Assembly (NCBI RefSeq): GCF_001194135.2
Contig: NC_068985.1
Span: 20,104,759 to 20,146,487, forward strand
Source: Octopus bimaculoides
Taxonomy: Eukaryota
Length of the DNA: 41,729 nucleotides
Direction: 5' to 3'
Of the stretch, positions 24,064-35,638 are shown one piece after another (the stretch's first letter is position 1; each line of letters opens with the position of its first letter). The translations under genes and the position numbers were made by a program. The notes under the pieces are model-generated. The model made no database searches. It was not told where the DNA came from and saw nothing but the letters and a program-made list of their open reading frames with translations.

Positions 24064-24712
24064 AGGCGCAGGAGTGGCTATGTGGTAAGTAGCTTTCTTA
24101 TCAACCTCATAGTTCCGGGTTCAGTCCCTCTACGCGGCACCTTGGGTAAGTGTCTTCTACTATAGCCTCGGGCCGACCAAATCCTTGTGAGTGGATTTGG
24201 TAGACGGAAACCAGAAGCCCGCCATATATATATATATATATATATATATANNNNNNNNNNNNNNNNNNNNNNNNNNNNNNNNNNNNNNNNNNNNNNNNNN
24301 NNNNNNNNNNNNNNNNNNNNNNNNNNNNNNNNNNNNNNNNNNNNNNNNNNNNNNNNNNNNNNNNNNNNNNNNNNNNNNNNNNNNNNNNNNNNNNNNNNNN
24401 NNNNNNNNNNNNNNNNNNNNNNNNNNNNNNNNNAAGTAAAGTAAATATCATAAGATAAATATAATATAATATAATATAATAATAATAATAATATATATAT
24501 ATATATATATATATTTGTATGTTTGTGTTTGTCCCCCCACCATCGCTTGACAACCGATGTTGGTGTGTTTACGTTCCCGTAACTTAGCAGTTCGGCAAAA
24601 GAAACCGATAGAATAAGTACTACGCTTATAAAGAATAAGTCCTGGGGTCGGTTTGCTCGACTAAAGGCAGTGCTCCAGCATGGCCGCAGTCAAATGACTG
24701 AAACAAATAAAG
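24064..24712 (+). mobile_element. SINE family B (tRNA head, CORE-like block, internal microsatellite), full length with gap
   Basis: A-box-like TGGCTATGTGG, B-box GGGTTCAGTCCC, CORE-like GGCACCTTGGGTAAGTG, (TA)n and gap, and 3' end gcatggccgcagtcaaatgactgaaacaa. Confidence 0.88.
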
Positions 24713-24713
24713 G

Positions 24714-25345
24714 AATCTTTTCTGCACTAGGCACAAGGCTCGAAATTTTTGGGGAGGGGGCCAGTCGATTAGATCGATTCCAGTACACAACTGGTATTTA
24801 ATTTATCGACTCCGAAAGGCAAAGTCAACCTCGGTGGGATTTGAACTCAGAACATAAAGACAGACAAAATATCCGCTAAGCATTTCGCCCGGCGTGCTTA
24901 ACGTTTCTTAATTCTATACTGCCCACAAGGGGCTACACACAGAGGGGACAAACAAGGACAGACAAATGGATTATGTCGATTATATCGACCCCAGTGCGTA
25001 ACTGGTACTTAATTTATCGACCCCGAAAGGATGAAAGGCAAAGTCGACCTCGGCGGAATTTGAACTCAGAACGTAGCGGCAGACGAAATACCGCTAAGCA
25101 TTTCACCCGGCGTGCTAATGTTTCTTATTTCTTTATTGCCCACAAGGGGCTAAACATAGAGGGGACCAACAAGGAAACACAAATGGGTTAAGTCGATTAC
25201 AGCGTAACTGGTACTTAATTTATCGACTCCGAAAGGATGAAAGGCAAAGTCGACCTCAGCGGAATTCGAACTCAGAACGTAACGGCAGTCGAAATACCGC
25301 TATGCATTTCACCCGAAGTGCTAACGTTTCTGCCGGCTCGCTACC
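24714..25345 (-). mobile_element. Head-to-tail trimer of SINE family A (units 25126-25345, 24909-25125, 24714-24908)
   Basis: Three homologous bodies. Both internal junctions fall at the same position in the head (gctaa(c/t)gtttct|ta..). Confidence 0.9.
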
Positions 25346-25975
25346 TTTGCTAACATTTCTGAATAATAGAAAATAAATATACAATCACCAATAGAACGTC
25401 AAGTCAATTTAAGAATAGAGAAAATGTATTCCATTTCAAATAAAATGTTAGATCAAGCAAAACAACTGGCTTGAGGCTATTTTTTTGGTATAATAGATAT
25501 TAGTCTGTAAAAGAAATATAACTCGCAGGGTTGATTATATCTTCCCGTTGAGCAATATACTTAAATGTGCTGAAACCTCTGTTAAACGAATATGAAGACG
25601 ATTCCTTCAAAGTATTCAGTTCAAGAAAGATTTAACCTAGCTTTGTGAACTCAATTAGATGGTCATACTATGATTCTTATAGTATAGGGAAAACAGAAAA
25701 TGAATCATTTCCGAGATACGAATATGAAATAGAACACAATAACAACCATAGCATAGTTAAAGGATTCTATGATATTTTATAATTCTAGTATACTAATATT
25801 ATGATTAGAAATATCCTTTTGGGTTGATATCGATTGTATCTGTATATCTATCATTTCTCTGTCTGATATTAGACACGCAGACTCTCATCTGGCAATAATT
25901 CAATACTCAAAGAATCTATTCTTTGTTTTAAAGTCTTTGAACAATTCTATAATAAAATTTCACTTGATATATATG

Positions 25976-26934
25976 CTTTTATTCTTTTACTTGTTTCAGT
26001 CATTTGATTGCAGCCATGCTGGAGCACCGCGTTAAAGGAATTTTTTAGTCAAAGAAATCGATCCCAGAGCTTATTCTTTATAAGCCTAGTACTTATTCTA
26101 TCGTTCCCTTTTACTGAAGCGTTAAGTTGCGGGGACGTAAACACACTAACTCCGGCTGTNNNNNNNNNNNNNNNNNNNNNNNNNNNNNNNNNNNNNNNNN
26201 NNNNNNNNNNNNNNNNNNNNNNNNNNNNNNNNNNNNNNNNNNNNNNNNNNNNNNNNNNNNNNNNNNNNNNNNNNNNNNNNNNNNNNNNNNNNNNNNNNNN
26301 NNNNNNNNNNNNNNNNNNNNNNNNNNNNNNNNNNNNNNNNNNNNNNNNNNNNNNNNNNNNNNNNNNNNNNNNNNNNNNNNNNNNNNNNNNNNNNNNNNNN
26401 NNNNNNNNNNNNNNNNNNNNNNNNNNNNNNNNNNNNNNNNNNNNNNNNNNNNNNNNNNNNNNNNNNNNNNNNNNNNNNNNNNNNNNNNNNNNNNNNNNNN
26501 NNNNNNNNNNNNNNNNNNNNNNNNNNNNNNNNNNNNNNNNNNNNNNNNNNNNNNNNNNNNNNNNNNNNNNNNNNNNNNNNNNNNNNNNNNNNNNNNNNNN
26601 NNNNNNNNNNNNNNNNNNNNNNNNNNNNNNNNNNNNNNNNNNNNNNNNNNNNNNNNNNNNNNNNNNNNNNNNNNNNNNNNNNNNNNNNNNNNNNNNNNNN
26701 NNNNNNNNNNNNNNNNNNNNNNNNNNNNNNNNNNNNNNNNNNNNNNNNNNNNNNNNNNNNNNNNNNNNNNNNNNNNNNNNNNNNNNNNNNNNNNNNNNNN
26801 NNNNNNNNNNNNNNNNNNNNNNNNNNNNNNNNNNNNNNNNNNNNNNNNNNNNNNNNNNNNNNNNNNNNNNNNNNNNNNNNNNNNNNNNNNNNNNNNNNNN
26901 NNNNNNNNNNNNNNNNNNNNNNNNNNNNNNNNNN

Positions 26935-26976
<42 letters not shown>

Positions 26977-27107
26977 GACGGGCTACTTTCAGTTTCCGTC
27001 TACCAAATCCGCTCACAAGACTTTGGTCGACCCGAAGTGCCACGCAGTGGGACTGAATTCGGAACGAAATGGTTGTGAAGCAGCCTTCTTACCACATAAC
27101 TACGCCT
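25976..27107 (-). mobile_element. SINE family B split by an assembly gap and (AT)n
   Basis: 3' part 25976-26159; 5' part 26975-27107. Confidence 0.8.
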
Positions 27108-28555
27108 GTTTATATATATATACGTAGTAACGTGAAATGAAGTGTTTTGTTCAAGAACGCAGCGCATCGCTCGGTCCAGGAGTCGAAACCGGTTTCTTAC
27201 ATTCCTGAATCCAACACATACTAACTACGAAGCCATGCGCCACATAAATACATGTATGTATGTATGTATGTATGTATGTATGTATGTATGTATGTATGTA
27301 TGTATGTATGTATGTATATTAAGAGGGGTTGCCTAGCTGCGGAAACTTTGTCTGAAGCAGATGGTAGCTTTGTATATTGTGACGGTCTGCAGCTGGTAAC
27401 TTTCCCCAGATAATCTGGTACCTTTTCCGCGATTTGGAGAAAGAAAGATAATTTAAAATAAAGTACATGTGGTGCTCTCTGGCCGTTAACATAAGGGCGG
27501 TAACTATCTCCTCACAACACTAAGCAGGATTAGAAATTTAAAATACTAGGAAGATGACAAAGTTCACAGATTAAAATTTATTTATTTATTTATTACTAAG
27601 TTCTTGCCCGAAATCCAACAAAACATCTTCTCTCGAGTTGAACTGTTAGCCTATATAACAATGAGTCAATATTCTTTTGTTTTTTCTCGTTTGTTCTAAG
27701 TAAATGGTAGACTAGTCATAAATATTTATGTGACCATATTTTCCTTTATTGGTTGATTGATATCTCTTATTTATAAAGGTTTGTTTTTAATATTGTCGAG
27801 TTAAAAGGAAAAATATACCGTCTTATACAGAAGATTTTGTCAAAACTTTGGAAAAAGCGAATCAAAAGTCAACGATGATATAAAGAAATATTGCAGAGAG
27901 TTCTTAGGCTAAAACTGGAACTGAAGGTGAATAACTTCCCAGGCAGAGTCGTCTGTGAAAGACAGGACACTAAAAAAAGACAGAGTTGTTAATAAAGTAT
28001 GAGGAAATAACTACGTACCTCAAGGTATATTAAATCTTGATTTCATTGAATATAAACCAACAGTCGCACAAATTCTATTGCAATAAATGAAGACAATTGG
28101 AATGTACTGAGCCAAGAGAATATCAGTAACAAAAATTCAATTCCAAATACAATGGCGACAAAAATGTAAAAAGCGGTAATGGATGTAAAGGAAGTTCTTA
28201 AAAGCAATAAACACGAATCTAAACGAGTTAATATGAAGTACATTATGATCAATGGTGCGAGTAGATAAGGAGTTACAGAGAAACAACAACAATTGGGTCA
28301 AAACCAATAAGTACTCACTAGACAATAACCAATCGAAACGAAGTCACTAAATGCAAAAAGATTTCCACAATCGTTTAAGAAGCTGACAGAGAGAATATAA
28401 ATATATAAGACGACAGGGGACGGGGGAATTAAACATCACAATGTGAAAGAAATGATATAAGAAGGACAAGAAAAGATATTAAAGGTATAATTCCAGTTGA
28501 AGAGTCAAACGACCTGAATTATAAGAAAGGGCTTTATTTCATTTACTGTAAGATA

Positions 28556-29737
28556 CAAGGTTCGGCCGACCAAAATACTCTCACAGAATGTGAACAAATG
28601 GGGTCTATTTTTCAACATAGTCCCCATTTCGGTTCACACACTCTTCTGCCATTGGTGTTGTAATGTTTTGATCCCATTGGTAAAGAAGATTTTATCCCGT
28701 TGGTCAAAAAAAGTCATCGACAGCGAATATGATGTCATCATCACTGCGATACTGGTTACCAGCCAAATGTTTTTTTCATGTGGGGGAAGCAACGTTAGTC
28801 AGATGGGACCAAATCAGGAGAATAGGGTGGCTGATCAACCAGTTCAAAGCCACAGTCACTCACAGCAGCCTTTGAAATCAAGGACTTGTGTGCTGGAGCA
28901 TTGTCCTGATGAAACAAGACCCCTTTCGTCAACTTCCCTGGCCGTTTGGTCTTGATAGCCTTTCGCAATTGTCTCAACAAATTAACATACTACTTTCTGT
29001 TGATGGAGTGGCCCTTTGGAAGATAATCAATAAACATAATGCTTTTGCATCCCAAAAAACTGAGGTCATTATCTGGAGATGAAACAACCTTACCCTTCTT
29101 TGGAGCTGATGAGAAGGAGTATTTCCACTGCATAAATTGTGACTTTGTCTCTGGTCCAGAGTGATGAAGCCAAAACTCATCTTCGTTTAGCAAACGCCCA
29201 AGGAAACCAATTGGGTCTACTTCAAACAATGTCAGATTTTCCCGTGATTTGATCAGCCTGGTGCACTTTTGATCAGGTGTCAGGAGACGTGGCACCCCGT
29301 GCACAGAAACTCTCGTCACGCCAGGTTCATTGCGCAGAATATTCTCAACTCTCACAGAGTATTCTAATAAAATTGACTATTTGATTTATAGCCAATCGTC
29401 TGTCAACCATCACCACGTGGTGAACATGATCAGGGTTTTCTTTGTTGGTGGTAATTGCAGGATATCTGGCCGTTGGGTGATCTTCAAAACTCTCCCTTCA
29501 GCTCCCCACTTCCATATCAGCATGAATGTTCCTGGGGGCTAAATCCCTTTTCTGCAGGTACATGACAATACCACAACGCCAAATTTGGTCAATTTTCGAA
29601 GAAGTCGCGGCTAGTTACTTTTGATGCCTTTTTTGCACAGACAGGTGTCAGTTTACCTAGAAAGAATAGTTATGAATAATAAAAAAAAAGTTGAAATGAA
29701 TGCATAGTCAGCCTATGGGCTTTTCCTCCCATCCTCG
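28556..29737 (-). mobile_element. Near full-length mariner (DD34D) relic flanked by TA on both sides
   Basis: Minus-strand motifs: GVPRLLTPDQK (WVPxEL-like), NEDEFWLHH, SVFWD, FHQDNAPAH, PPYSPDLVPSD and CVNRNGDYVEK* (stop 28605-28607). TA at 28554-55 and 29738-39. Ends cgaggatgggaggaaaagcccataggctgac and caaggttcggccgac (the latter partly deleted). Frameshifts and an HTH-region deletion. Confidence 0.92.
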
Positions 29738-31276
29738 TATGTTAAGACAGTACAAAGAGATTTTATCCACAATGAGCTTTAACAATAAACCAGATAAACA
29801 TCACAATCCCAAGCACGCAAAGGAACAAAGAATTTTGGAAAACATTTGCGAAAAACAAACCACCTGACCAAGTAAGAGAAATAAAAAAAAAAGCTAAGAA
29901 TAATATTCCGCAAAAATGACAAGGTATCAAAAGTAATGAATTCAGTCAGATATTGATGCCAGTATTTAATTGTAATGCACTTTTCCGAAATCAGATATAA
30001 AACTGTTGATTGGAACAGCTCACAACTTTATATTTTATGGTGGTAATAGTTTTCGATCCAATGACTGAGAATTCCTTCGCAATCCCTCCACAGTTTAAGA
30101 AAGTACTTAGCTACTACTTAAATAACAGTGGCATAACCAACCTGAACAACCATACACCCGTCATTTTGGTGCCTACCTTTTGTAAAGCTTTCACATTTGA
30201 ATTTGCAAAACGACCATATGAATACCTAGAAGACAGCATAAAAATATATATAGAATAGAATTTGTTTGTAAGGATTAATACATGGTCGATAAGATAATTA
30301 TCTTATATACGTAAAAGAAAAAAGGACACAAAAAAATGAACAGTATGGATCAACTAAAAGAAAGCAAGCTGTATTACATAAAAAACATAGTCACAGGCTG
30401 TCCCGAAAAACTAATGACGATTTGGAAGTGAAACTCCATTTTAATCTTCTGTCGAATGACGTTGCATAGGGTGACAAGTGTCACATATCCCGTTAACAAT
30501 AGAATTTTTGTAGCACTTCTCCATCGTTATTATTTCCAATACCATAGGAACGGAACAATACCTAGCTTGCTTTTTCATACGGGAGTTCTATGGCCCTTGT
30601 AGTTTACACCATCATCCACCTCAAAGCGCAAGCAACCCTAACTAAAGAGATTTGTTCGGTATTCTCAGCATATTGTTTGAAAAGTCTGGAGGACATTCGT
30701 ATCGGTCAATTAAATCGACCTTAGAACTTGACTGGTAGCTTAGGGTAGTACCATTTATGTCAAAACAGGCATCTTATGGGTCAAACGCAATCTCTCCTCT
30801 GCTATTTTTTGAGAAGTCTTAGCTGCAATTGTGTTAGCTGCTCAATGAAATAAAATAGAGTTAGGAAATAATTCAAAAGGAAAGCTATGAAACTGTAAGC
30901 TACTGTTTACATGGATGATATAAAAATGTATGCAAAGAGTGATGGCGTCGACAGTCTCCTGAACGATATAACTGTATTCAGCAAATAAAGACAGAATTGG
31001 AATTTATTAAATTGTTGTCCTGACAAAAAGTAATAAAAACGAGAGTGAAAGGACTCAACTGAGGTTATGAGAACATTGGCGAAATCGATATCAGTAAAGA
31101 TTAGCACAACAGGTTCATAACCACAAATGAAAGAATGACAACGGAAAGAATATTATCGACGTGTATGATATTAATAGGAACGAAGCTGAGCCCTCGCTAG
31201 AAAAAAAAATGCTATTTATTATATACATGCACACACGTTCACAAAGGTATACATATACACAGAGACACACACTTAT

Positions 31277-31311
<35 letters not shown>

Positions 31312-31336
31312 CACTTATATATGTATATGTGTATGC

Positions 31337-31374
<38 letters not shown>

Positions 31375-31390
31375 GAGAGAATATACAAAT

Positions 31391-31504
31391 AATAACAACA
31401 GACGAGGACAGGTGGTGTAAATAACAAAAGTATATATTAGTATGACGCTCGGGAATACGGAAAGTCTTTGACGTTTCGAGCTACGCTCTTCAACAGAAAG
31501 AATA
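31391..31504 (-). repeat. Short interspersed repeat carrying a hammerhead-like fold (copy 1)
   Basis: Homologous to 36668-36777 in the opposite orientation. Confidence 0.75.
31465..31501 (-). ncRNA. Variant minimal type I hammerhead-like ribozyme
   Basis: UCUUU-CUGUUGA-A-GAGC GUA GCUC-GAAA-CGU-C-AAAGA: 5-bp stem I, 4-bp stem II, palindromic ACGU stem III, GUC triplet. A6 is replaced by U and there is an extra A after A9. Confidence 0.5.
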
Positions 31505-31964
31505 CGGAGACAAGGAGAAAAACACGGAGAAAAAAAATTGAATAGTGTTCAGTCAACGGTCAATCATTATATATATATATATATATATATNNNNNNNNNN
31601 NNNNNNNNNNNNNNNNNNNNNNNNNNNNNNNNNNNNNNNNNNNNNNNNNNNNNNNNNNNNNNNNNNNNNNNNNNNNNNNNNNNNNNNNNNNNNNNNNNNN
31701 NNNNNNNNNNNNNNNNNNNNNNNNNNNNNNNNNNNNNNNNNNNNNNNNNNNNNNNNNNNNNNNNNNNNNNNNNNNNNNNNNNNNNNNNNNNNNNNNNNNN
31801 NNNNNNNNNNNNNNNNNNNNNNNNNNNNNNNNNNNNNNNNNNNNNNNNNNNNNNNNNNNNNNNNNNNNNNNNNNNNNNNNNNNNNNNNNNNNNNNNNNNN
31901 NNNNNNNTATCAGTCGGTATGACTCGAGAAGGTAACTTTTTGTATCTATACATGTATAAAATAA

Positions 31965-31976
31965 TAATAAAAATAA

Positions 31977-32030
<54 letters not shown>
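31965..32030. repeat. (AAT)n microsatellite
   Basis: Direct reading. Confidence 0.95.
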
Positions 32031-32031
<1 letters not shown>

Positions 32032-32359
32032 GAGTATCATAGCCATGTGTTGAGAAGAATTCTTTGGGGTTTGGATAATTCACTTTTGGAAACATGGGTT
32101 TTGTTCATCATCCTTTAACGACCCTTATTCAAGGATCTTTTGAGTGGGATGGGCTACTCGACCTGAAGAAATTCTAACCGGGCTCCACCTGCAAGGTCAT
32201 GCGCTATTTATCTTGATATGAGATCCTCATGTCGCGCACATATGGTTGTGATGAATGTGCCTGGTGTACCCTTATCAGACGGGTAGTCATGATGGGTATA
32301 CTGGGCTTCGTATATTTTACCCCAGTGTCACTTTGATAGCATGCACTTCTTTCTCACTC
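32031..32359. mobile_element. GC-richer ~330-bp insert flanked on both sides by (AAT)n; probable retroposon end
   Basis: Sharp composition change and TAA repeats on both sides; three consecutive hairpins at 32236-32328. Family assignment is inference. Confidence 0.55.
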
Positions 32360-32519
32360 AATAATAACAATAATAATAATAATAATATCAGCGAGAAGCA
32401 AAGTTATTGCAGCTGTTGCAGTTTCTGTTGATCTCTTCTTCGCTGTATGCTAGCCACATTTGAGTAGTGAATCCCTGAAGAGGTTTTAATGCTACAGTGT
32501 AACTGCTGCATTTTACGCA

Positions 32520-33080
32520 CAGTATTCACGTGGCTTTTAATCCTGCATCCACTATGGAACTGAGCTCCGGAATGGCTCTGTAGTTTTCGACTGTCAAGTC
32601 ATTAGGACTTGTATATCCAAGTTGATCCAAACGGATCACATATTCCTGCCTGTCTCGGTGCTTGCCCTCTACCGTGGCACAGAAAAAAGACATTGTCGCT
32701 AACATCCTTTACCAAGAACCTTCTTTTACATTCCATCAAGAATTGTGGCACAATTCTTTGGTTAAGTGTTCAATGTACTAACCATCCTGTTTTTACATCT
32801 CATCTTCAGTCTAGAATAGTATGCACACCGTCCCAAAGACTGTACCTCATGAGAAATTAGGCGTGGGAAAATACGAGAGAGAATTTTTATAAATAAATTT
32901 ATGCTATTCGTGAGAAATGTTTTTGTGACACTTTGAAAAAACAAGTAGTCAGAGGTCTTTGAATTTGAATGGTGAGTTATTATACTAGCTTTTATTTCAT
33001 TACTATTGGGTGGTAGCTTGTCTCATGCACTATATTTAATATTGTCCATGAAACCGCAAATTTTTAAAGCAACAGTGTAG
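32520..33080 (-). mobile_element. Possible very old Tc1-type transposon 5' portion
   Basis: Weak translation similarity (KDVSD..GRGQAPRQ / QEYVIRL..DAGLKA versus Tc1 DRPRSGRPR..TPRQDRYIR..EAGLRA) and a TIR-like TACACTGTTGC at ~33080. Confidence 0.3.
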
Positions 33081-33388
33081 TATATAGAAGCGGTGTTGCA
33101 AATTTGCAAAAATATATTTCTAGCCTAAGTTAAAATATATTTCAGATGGAGGGAAAATCTCTTAATATAATGTAATGCTTCATTAGGTTTCTTGATTATG
33201 TTGATAATATTACCGTAAGAGAACAGATTCTCTTGCAGGAAAAAAATATCAGCCTCCGTGGCCATGATCAGTGATGATTGTGTTGATGAAGTTGATAACA
33301 TCATCTAAAATAGTTTCTGTAATAGAAAGATAATTTCACATACACCAATATCACTACATCTTTAAACGTTACTAAATTTCCACAATCA

Positions 33389-33494
<106 letters not shown>

Positions 33495-33562
33495 CCTAAA
33501 GTTAAGATAACAACACACACACACATACATGTATATATAATATCATTACATTTTATAAGCAT

Positions 33563-33671
33563 AGGTTCAGTCAGATCGCGTGGCACCTCGGGTAATTGTC
33601 TTCTTCTATATCTACGGGTCGACCAAAGCCTTTTTAGTGGATTTGATTGACGGAAACTTAAAGAATCCCGT

Positions 33672-33737
<66 letters not shown>

Positions 33738-33960
33738 CGCCTGCCTGTCTGTCTGTCTGTCAGTCCGTCGGCCTGTCTGTCTGTCTGTCTCTCCCCCTCT
33801 CTCTCTCTCTCTACCTCTATGTGTGTGTGTGTGTTTATGAGTGTGAATGTCTCCCACCATCACTTGATAACCGGTGTTGTTTTGTCTACGTTCTCATAAT
33901 TCAGCAGTTCGGAAAAATAGGACAGAGCGAATCAGTAGAAGACTTCCGGATAAAGTAATG
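33563..33960 (+). mobile_element. SINE family B with internal (TCTA)n/(TCTG)n/(TC)n/(TG)n
   Basis: ggttcagtc..ggcacctcgggtaattgtctt..gacggaaacttaaagaatcccg, then the microsatellite block, then the 3' body. Confidence 0.75.
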
Positions 33961-34053
33961 GCGATGATTTTTGTACTATTTTTCAGTCATTCAGTGCCGA
34001 TGATTTACTTTGTCACAACTCTATGTTTATATATATATATATATATATATAGT

Positions 34054-34281
34054 ATCTTTTACCTTTTATCGTGTACTTGTTACAGTCATTTAGATTACGG
34101 CCATACTGTCGTACCACCTTGAAGAATATATAAGACCCCAGTACTTTTTATTTGTTTTAGAATAAATCCGGTACTTATTCTATCGTCTTCTTCTGCTGAA
34201 CTGCTACGTTACAGGGATATATACATGCCAACGGTCAGAGGGACAAGCACACACATAGGCACGCGCGCACGTACATTCACG

Positions 34282-34312
<31 letters not shown>

Positions 34313-34498
34313 ATACACACACACACACGGGCTTCTTTCAGTTCCTGTCAACCAAATCCACTCACAAGGCTTTTGCCGGTCCGAGGCTATAGCAAAAACC
34401 ACTTGCCCAAGGTGTTATGCAGCGGACTGAAACCGGAACCATGTGGTGCTACAGCATGGCCGTAGTCTAAATGGTTGAAACAAACTTGTTATCACACA

Positions 34499-34501
<3 letters not shown>
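34054..34501 (-). mobile_element. SINE family B with an inverted copy of its tail inserted in the head
   Basis: Body homologous to family B; 34449-34485 is the reverse complement of 34076-34111. Confidence 0.75.
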
Positions 34502-34552
<51 letters not shown>

Positions 34553-34555
34553 CAT

Positions 34556-34897
34556 TGTTTGTTGGCACTCCGTCGTTTACGACGTCGAGGGTCCCAGTTG
34601 ATCAGATCAACAGAACATCCTGCTCGTGAAATTAACGTGCAAGTGGCTGAGCACTCCACAGACACGTGTACCCTTAACGTAGTTCTCGAGGATATTCAGC
34701 GTGGCACAGTGTGACAAGGCTGACCCTTTGAATTGCAGGCACAACAGAAACAGGAAGTAAGAGTGAGAGAAAGTTGTGGTGAAAGAGTACAGCAAGGTTC
34801 GCCCCCCCCCCTGCCGGAGCCTCGTGGAGCTTTAGGTGTTTTCGCTCAATAAACACTCACAACGCCCGGTCTGGGAATCGAAACCGCGATCCTATGA
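34556..34897 (-). mobile_element. SINE family C (third tRNA-derived family); head runs into the gap
   Basis: The minus strand begins tcataggatcgcGGTTTCGATTCCcagaccggg (B-box). GC-rich 340-bp body unrelated to families A and B. Confidence 0.65.
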
Positions 34898-35638
34898 NNN
34901 NNNNNNNNNNNNNNNNNNNNNNNNNNNNNNNNNNNNNNNNNNNNNNNNNNNNNNNNNNNNNNNNNNNNNNNNNNNNNNNNNNNNNNNNNNNNNNNNNNNN
35001 NNNNNNNNNNNNNNNNNNNNNNNNNNNNNNNNNNNNNNNNNNNNNNNNNNNNNNNNNNNNNNNNNNNNNNNNNNNNNNNNNNNNNNNNNNNNNNNNNNNN
35101 NNNNNNNNNNNNNNNNNNNNNNNNNNNNNNNNNNNNNNNNNNNNNNNNNNNNNNNNNNNNNNNNNNNNNNNNNNNNNNNNNNNNNNNNNNNNNNNNNNNN
35201 NNNNNNNNNNNNNNNNNNNNNNNNNNNNNNNNNNNNNNNNNNNNNNNNNNNNNNNNNNNNNNNNNNNNNNNNNNNNNNNNNNNNNNNNNNNNNNNNNNNN
35301 NNNNNNNNNNNNNNNNNNNNNNNNNNNNNNNNNNNNNNNNNNNNNNNNNNNNNNNNNNNNNNNNNNNNNNNNNNNNNNNNNNNNNNNNNNNNNNNNNNNN
35401 NNNNNNNNNNNNNNNNNNNNNNNNNNNNNNNNNNNNNNNNNNNNNNNNNNNNNNNNNNNNNNTATATATGTATATTTATATATAACGTTGACTACTAACG
35501 TGGACAATTAATGTGCTAGAAATAGATCACATCTTGTGTCTATTAAGACCTAAATTGTTCTCAACATGAAATATAGCAGCATACCAAAACGTAAGCGGGC
35601 AAGACATTTAAAATCACCTAAAAAAACACATTCTTAAA

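Noticed and set aside
24064-24140. tRNA-like A-box and B-box sequences as tRNA genes
   Set aside because: They are SINE heads: no cloverleaf or anticodon arm, and each is followed by a repeated body.
27160-27200. CGAAACCGGTT (hammerhead-type palindromic stem III)
   Set aside because: No CUGANGA-like core upstream on either strand; at best an unrecognisable relic.
27800-30260. A-rich flanks of the mariner (27800-28400, 29760-30260) as a decayed LINE/PLE host
   Set aside because: Strand-biased composition is suggestive, but I found no convincing RT motif.
30390-30700. CAGGCTGTCCC start resembling a Tc1/mariner TIR
   Set aside because: No partner TIR or transposase motif found.
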